Source of the DNA: Anthoceros angustus | Taxonomy: Eukaryota > Plantae > Anthocerotophyta | Direction: 5' to 3' | Length of the DNA: 64,000 nucleotides | Assembly: GCA_010909165.1 (NCBI GenBank) | Contig: VJWM01000003.1 | Coordinates: 124,001 to 188,000 of the forward strand | Part shown: positions 60,674 to 64,000 of the stretch, piece by piece | How the letters are laid out: each line of letters starts with the position of its first letter | Numbering within the stretch: the stretch's first letter is position 1 | Program-made: the position numbers and the translations under genes | Notes under the pieces: generated by a model | The model's input: only the letters and a program-made list of their open reading frames with translations | Database searches by the model: none | Told to the model about the DNA's origin: nothing

Positions 60674-63600
60674 CTATTTCCTCCGTCTACCTCCAACTAC
60701 CCTTCGGTTTGCACTGTCTCTTCGAAAAGCACCATCTCTATTATCCCTGAATTTGGGATCACGGACTTTAGCTTCCAATTTCTCTAATCTGTCCACGATA
60801 GATGCTGTCTGCGATTCACTGACTCCTAGTAACTTCTTCACCAAAGTTTCCAGCTTCTTGTTTTCAAGAATGAGCTGACGCATCAACATCCGTTCCTCAG
60901 AATCTAGATCCTCCGCCTGGCCCGGTACCTCAGCGATTTCTCCAGGCCACTCAGATAACCTATCGGCCGGTAGAGGATTCTCCTGGAACCGGGCCCTGGA
61001 AGCTTCACTCAGAAGCATATCACGGATTTTAGGACGTTCCACAATCGAGTCCTCAGGTTCAGGTGAAGAACTGATACCAGCCTCTGGTGCTTCAACCACG
61101 TAATCCATCGTACTAGCATCCACCCTAGCAGGTGAATCAGTTACATCCTTCGGCTCCACCGCATCCTCCACTTCGTCCACTATACCGGTCACCCCGTCCG
61201 CCTCTCGGTTCATCGGCTGCTCCTCAGTACAGTTGCCAACTTGGGAAGCATTACAACGTTTGCAATGTTCCCACACTGGAAGTTGTTCCAAGGAAGGCTC
61301 CGTTGTGGTCACCACGACCATCCTACTTCCTTCGGGAACATCACTGACAAGAAGCAAATCTTTCCCAGAAGTTATATCTCCATCTTCGTCATCGACAGCA
61401 ACGGCAGTATCAGGTTCCCTCTCCACTCCGCTTACTGCAAACTCCCCCCTACCTGATACATCTGCCTCGTCCAAAGAAAAGGCAACCTTGGATCCCCCGT
61501 GCTCAACGTCACTTGTCTCAAGGATCTCTCTCAACGCACTGGTAGCAACTTCAGAGGCAGCAATATCTCCATTTTCACAAACTTCACCACTTTCAACAGA
61601 AGCTCCACTTTCAGCTTGCCTGACCACCTTGCTCCCTTGTCCTTCCTCTAGCAAGGCCCCCGTCCCAAGAGTCGTATCTTTTTTCCCCTCCCTATTCACA
61701 CTCCTGTCAATTTCCAAGGACTCGCCTGCAGGAATGTCAATCACATCCGTGTGTCCACTTTCAGGTAACATCTCTACCCCACAATCCAGCTCCCCTGCGT
61801 GGGGGACATCATCGACTGCCGCTGAAACGTTGATCGTTGGTAGAACAGGGGCCACCGAATCTGGCGTAGCTTCGTCCTGTTGCGTCTCATTAGCCACCAG
61901 ATTGACTTCCACATCCTTGGTTACATGCCTGCTTCCAGCATCACCACAGCAAGATGCTTCCACTGCTGATTCCTGAGCCTCGGCTTTGTGAACCGCGCGC
62001 TCCTCTACGACTGTCAATTCCAACATGTCCTGCAAGCCAGTCACATCCCTGGCCACGGCCTTCCGCAATTCTCGGATAATGGAGTGAACGCCCTGCAAGG
62101 AAACAGCACATTTAGCAAACCAACAATGCGCACCATTCTCCGTCACCGAGCAGGATAGCAGAATAATCTGGAAAGATCACCACAGAACAGAGGAAAAGGT
62201 ACCTGAATGGAGTCCAGACGGAGAAGCAGCTGCATGAGTTTCTCGGACACCTTTAACTTCTCCTTTGCGTCCATGGCAAGCTTGACAACAGTGTCATGAT
62301 TTGCCAGATGGGCCGCCATGGCTCGAACTTCGGATCGGACTTGTGCTATAGCCCGTGCTTTCTCAAGGGGTGCCGTGCTGCGCAGACTGTAACCTCTAAA
62401 AGCAGCCTGAATCTTTTTCGCTGCCACCTCCTCCTTCATCACATCTGCCTTAGCACATGGCTGGCTCCTCCTTGCACCGCCCTCCTCATTCTCACCAACC
62501 TTTCCCTCAGAAACAGCGCCACCATTTTCCGTCGGTCGCGTATCACACCTCTCCTCTTTCCTGACCGCAGGCTGCTCCCCACACGCAGCACCATCCTCTC
62601 CCGCAGAACTCTTGTCAGATCTCTCAGACTTCTCATCAGGTTGAGCTGAACTCCTTTCAGAATTCCCAGACTTCTCAACTGGAAGGGCTGAACTGATGTC
62701 CAAGCCCGTCTTCTGATGTTCCACCTGAACGTCCGACTGCGTACCTTTCACATCACTGCCGACTATGTGACCCTCCATCTTGGGCTGAACCGTAGTTTCG
62801 GATGCAGTCTTGCGACCATCAGAATCCACCTTCAGAGCATCCATCACTGCTTTCAAAAAAGCGTCGAAAGGTACGCTGACAGCCCCGCTCTCCTTGTCAG
62901 AATCCATCGATTCGGATCCACCTTGTGCTGCATGGCTAGCCTTCTTCACCTTATCAGCAGAAGCAGACGCCGATTCCTGAGAACCCCTCCGACTATGAGA
63001 CGGCACCAGAAACCCTTTCCGAAGCAAACCAGCCCCATCTTTCTGTCCAGAGCTAGCAGCAGACTTGGAGGCTGGAGGAGCCAGGAATCCCTTCTTCAGC
63101 AGTCCTTCCTTCTTGTCCTCGACCTTCACACCAGGGGTTCCATCGACCTTACCAGTGTGCGATCCCTCTGCATCCTTGCCCGCAACAGGGATGACTCTCA
63201 CGGATGGGGCAGCAACCTGGACGGCATCCGCATCAACCTTTTTCACATTGTCACCAAGACGGAAGACCGGAACATCATACACCCGATCAGACCGGACAGG
63301 CAAACCCTGACGGGGCACCGTCTGCCAAACGTGAAGCATATCCTCCAGCGGCTCCGCCACCCCGCCGTCCAAACCTCCATACCCCGAATCCAACACAACC
63401 GGGGGCATCCCGTCCTCATAGCCTGATCCGCGCTCGAGGCGTCCATACCTCGGCTCCATCGCCAACGGGACGAATCCACCACGATCCTTCTCCAACCCTC
63501 CATACCTCGGCTTCAATGCAACCGGGAAAGGATGCTCTGCTCCGTACCCAGTCCGGGGCTGGTACACTCCGGCTCCATGCTCCCCGGGGACATACACCGG

Positions 63601-64000
63601 CACATAAGGCTGCCTCCGGGGCATCGCACCATAACCTCCATCTCTGACCGGCACCATCTCCACCGCAGGTTGGCGGAATGCACCACCGGCTGGCGCATAA
63701 GCTTGAGTCCGCGGATACACTCCCCTGTAAGCTTGCTCTCCAGGGGAAGCCATGACAGGAACGAATTCTTCTCCTCCCCTGGGCGGCACCGGGTACATCT
63801 GCTGACTCCAGGGCTCCACCTGCACTGGCACGAATCCCCTCCCTCGGGGTCCGACTCCGTAGAATTCCGGCATGGGTTCCTGCACCGCCCGGACTGGGAC
63901 GTACGCCTGTTCTCCAGGATACTGCTCTCTCACCATCGAGGCTGGGACATACATTGGCTCTGCAGTCCTGGAGAAAGCATAAGGCAATGCATTCTCAAAC
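60674..64000 (-). CDS. BAG6: BAG6-like IQ-motif + BAG-domain co-chaperone; intron 62093-62202; 5' end may lie beyond the window
   Basis: AAKKIQAAFRGY IQ motif, then SEKLMQLLLRLDSIQ|GVHSIIRELRKAVARDVTGLQDMLE BAG domain, long acidic region, terminal coiled coil. The frame is open to base 64000 and the listed start at 63987 is TTG. Confidence 0.85.

Noticed and set aside
59322-63647. Long opposite-strand ORFs (59322-59957, 61233-61976, 62716-63426, 63204-63647)
   Set aside because: Antisense shadows of TIN1 and BAG6-like coding sequence with no motifs of their own.

Overview
Eukaryotic nuclear DNA. I infer a seed-free land plant (bryophyte/hornwort/lycophyte/fern type) from short GT-AG introns, PLS-type PPR remnants, TORNADO1-like ROCO genes and alpha2delta-like genes; the species cannot be determined here. 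Layout: PPR and LRR remnants (2.6-5.6 kb); an intact stellacyanin-type phytocyanin (7.5-8.2 kb); broken LRR-Roc-COR genes (9-15.6 kb); an array of single-pass VWA+dCache_1 (alpha2delta/CACHD1-like) genes (16-37 kb); retroelement debris; an intact divergent alpha2delta-like gene (43.1-45.9 kb) just downstream of an LRR-VII-type kinase that lost its ectodomain (46.7-48.8 kb); nested LTR/LINE fragments (49.7-57.9 kb); a TIN1 homologue; and a BAG6-like IQ-BAG gene running off the right edge. The middle of the array (23.8-34.4 kb) is a scrambled mosaic that may be an assembly artefact. Best leads: (1) compact plant alpha2delta-like receptors that keep the full amino-acid-binding motif, possibly paired with the ectodomain-less kinase; (2) a DNMT3-like cytosine methyltransferase remnant at the 3' end of an LTR retroelement. 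All family calls are by manual motif recognition; no database searches were run. Exon coordinates were counted by hand.
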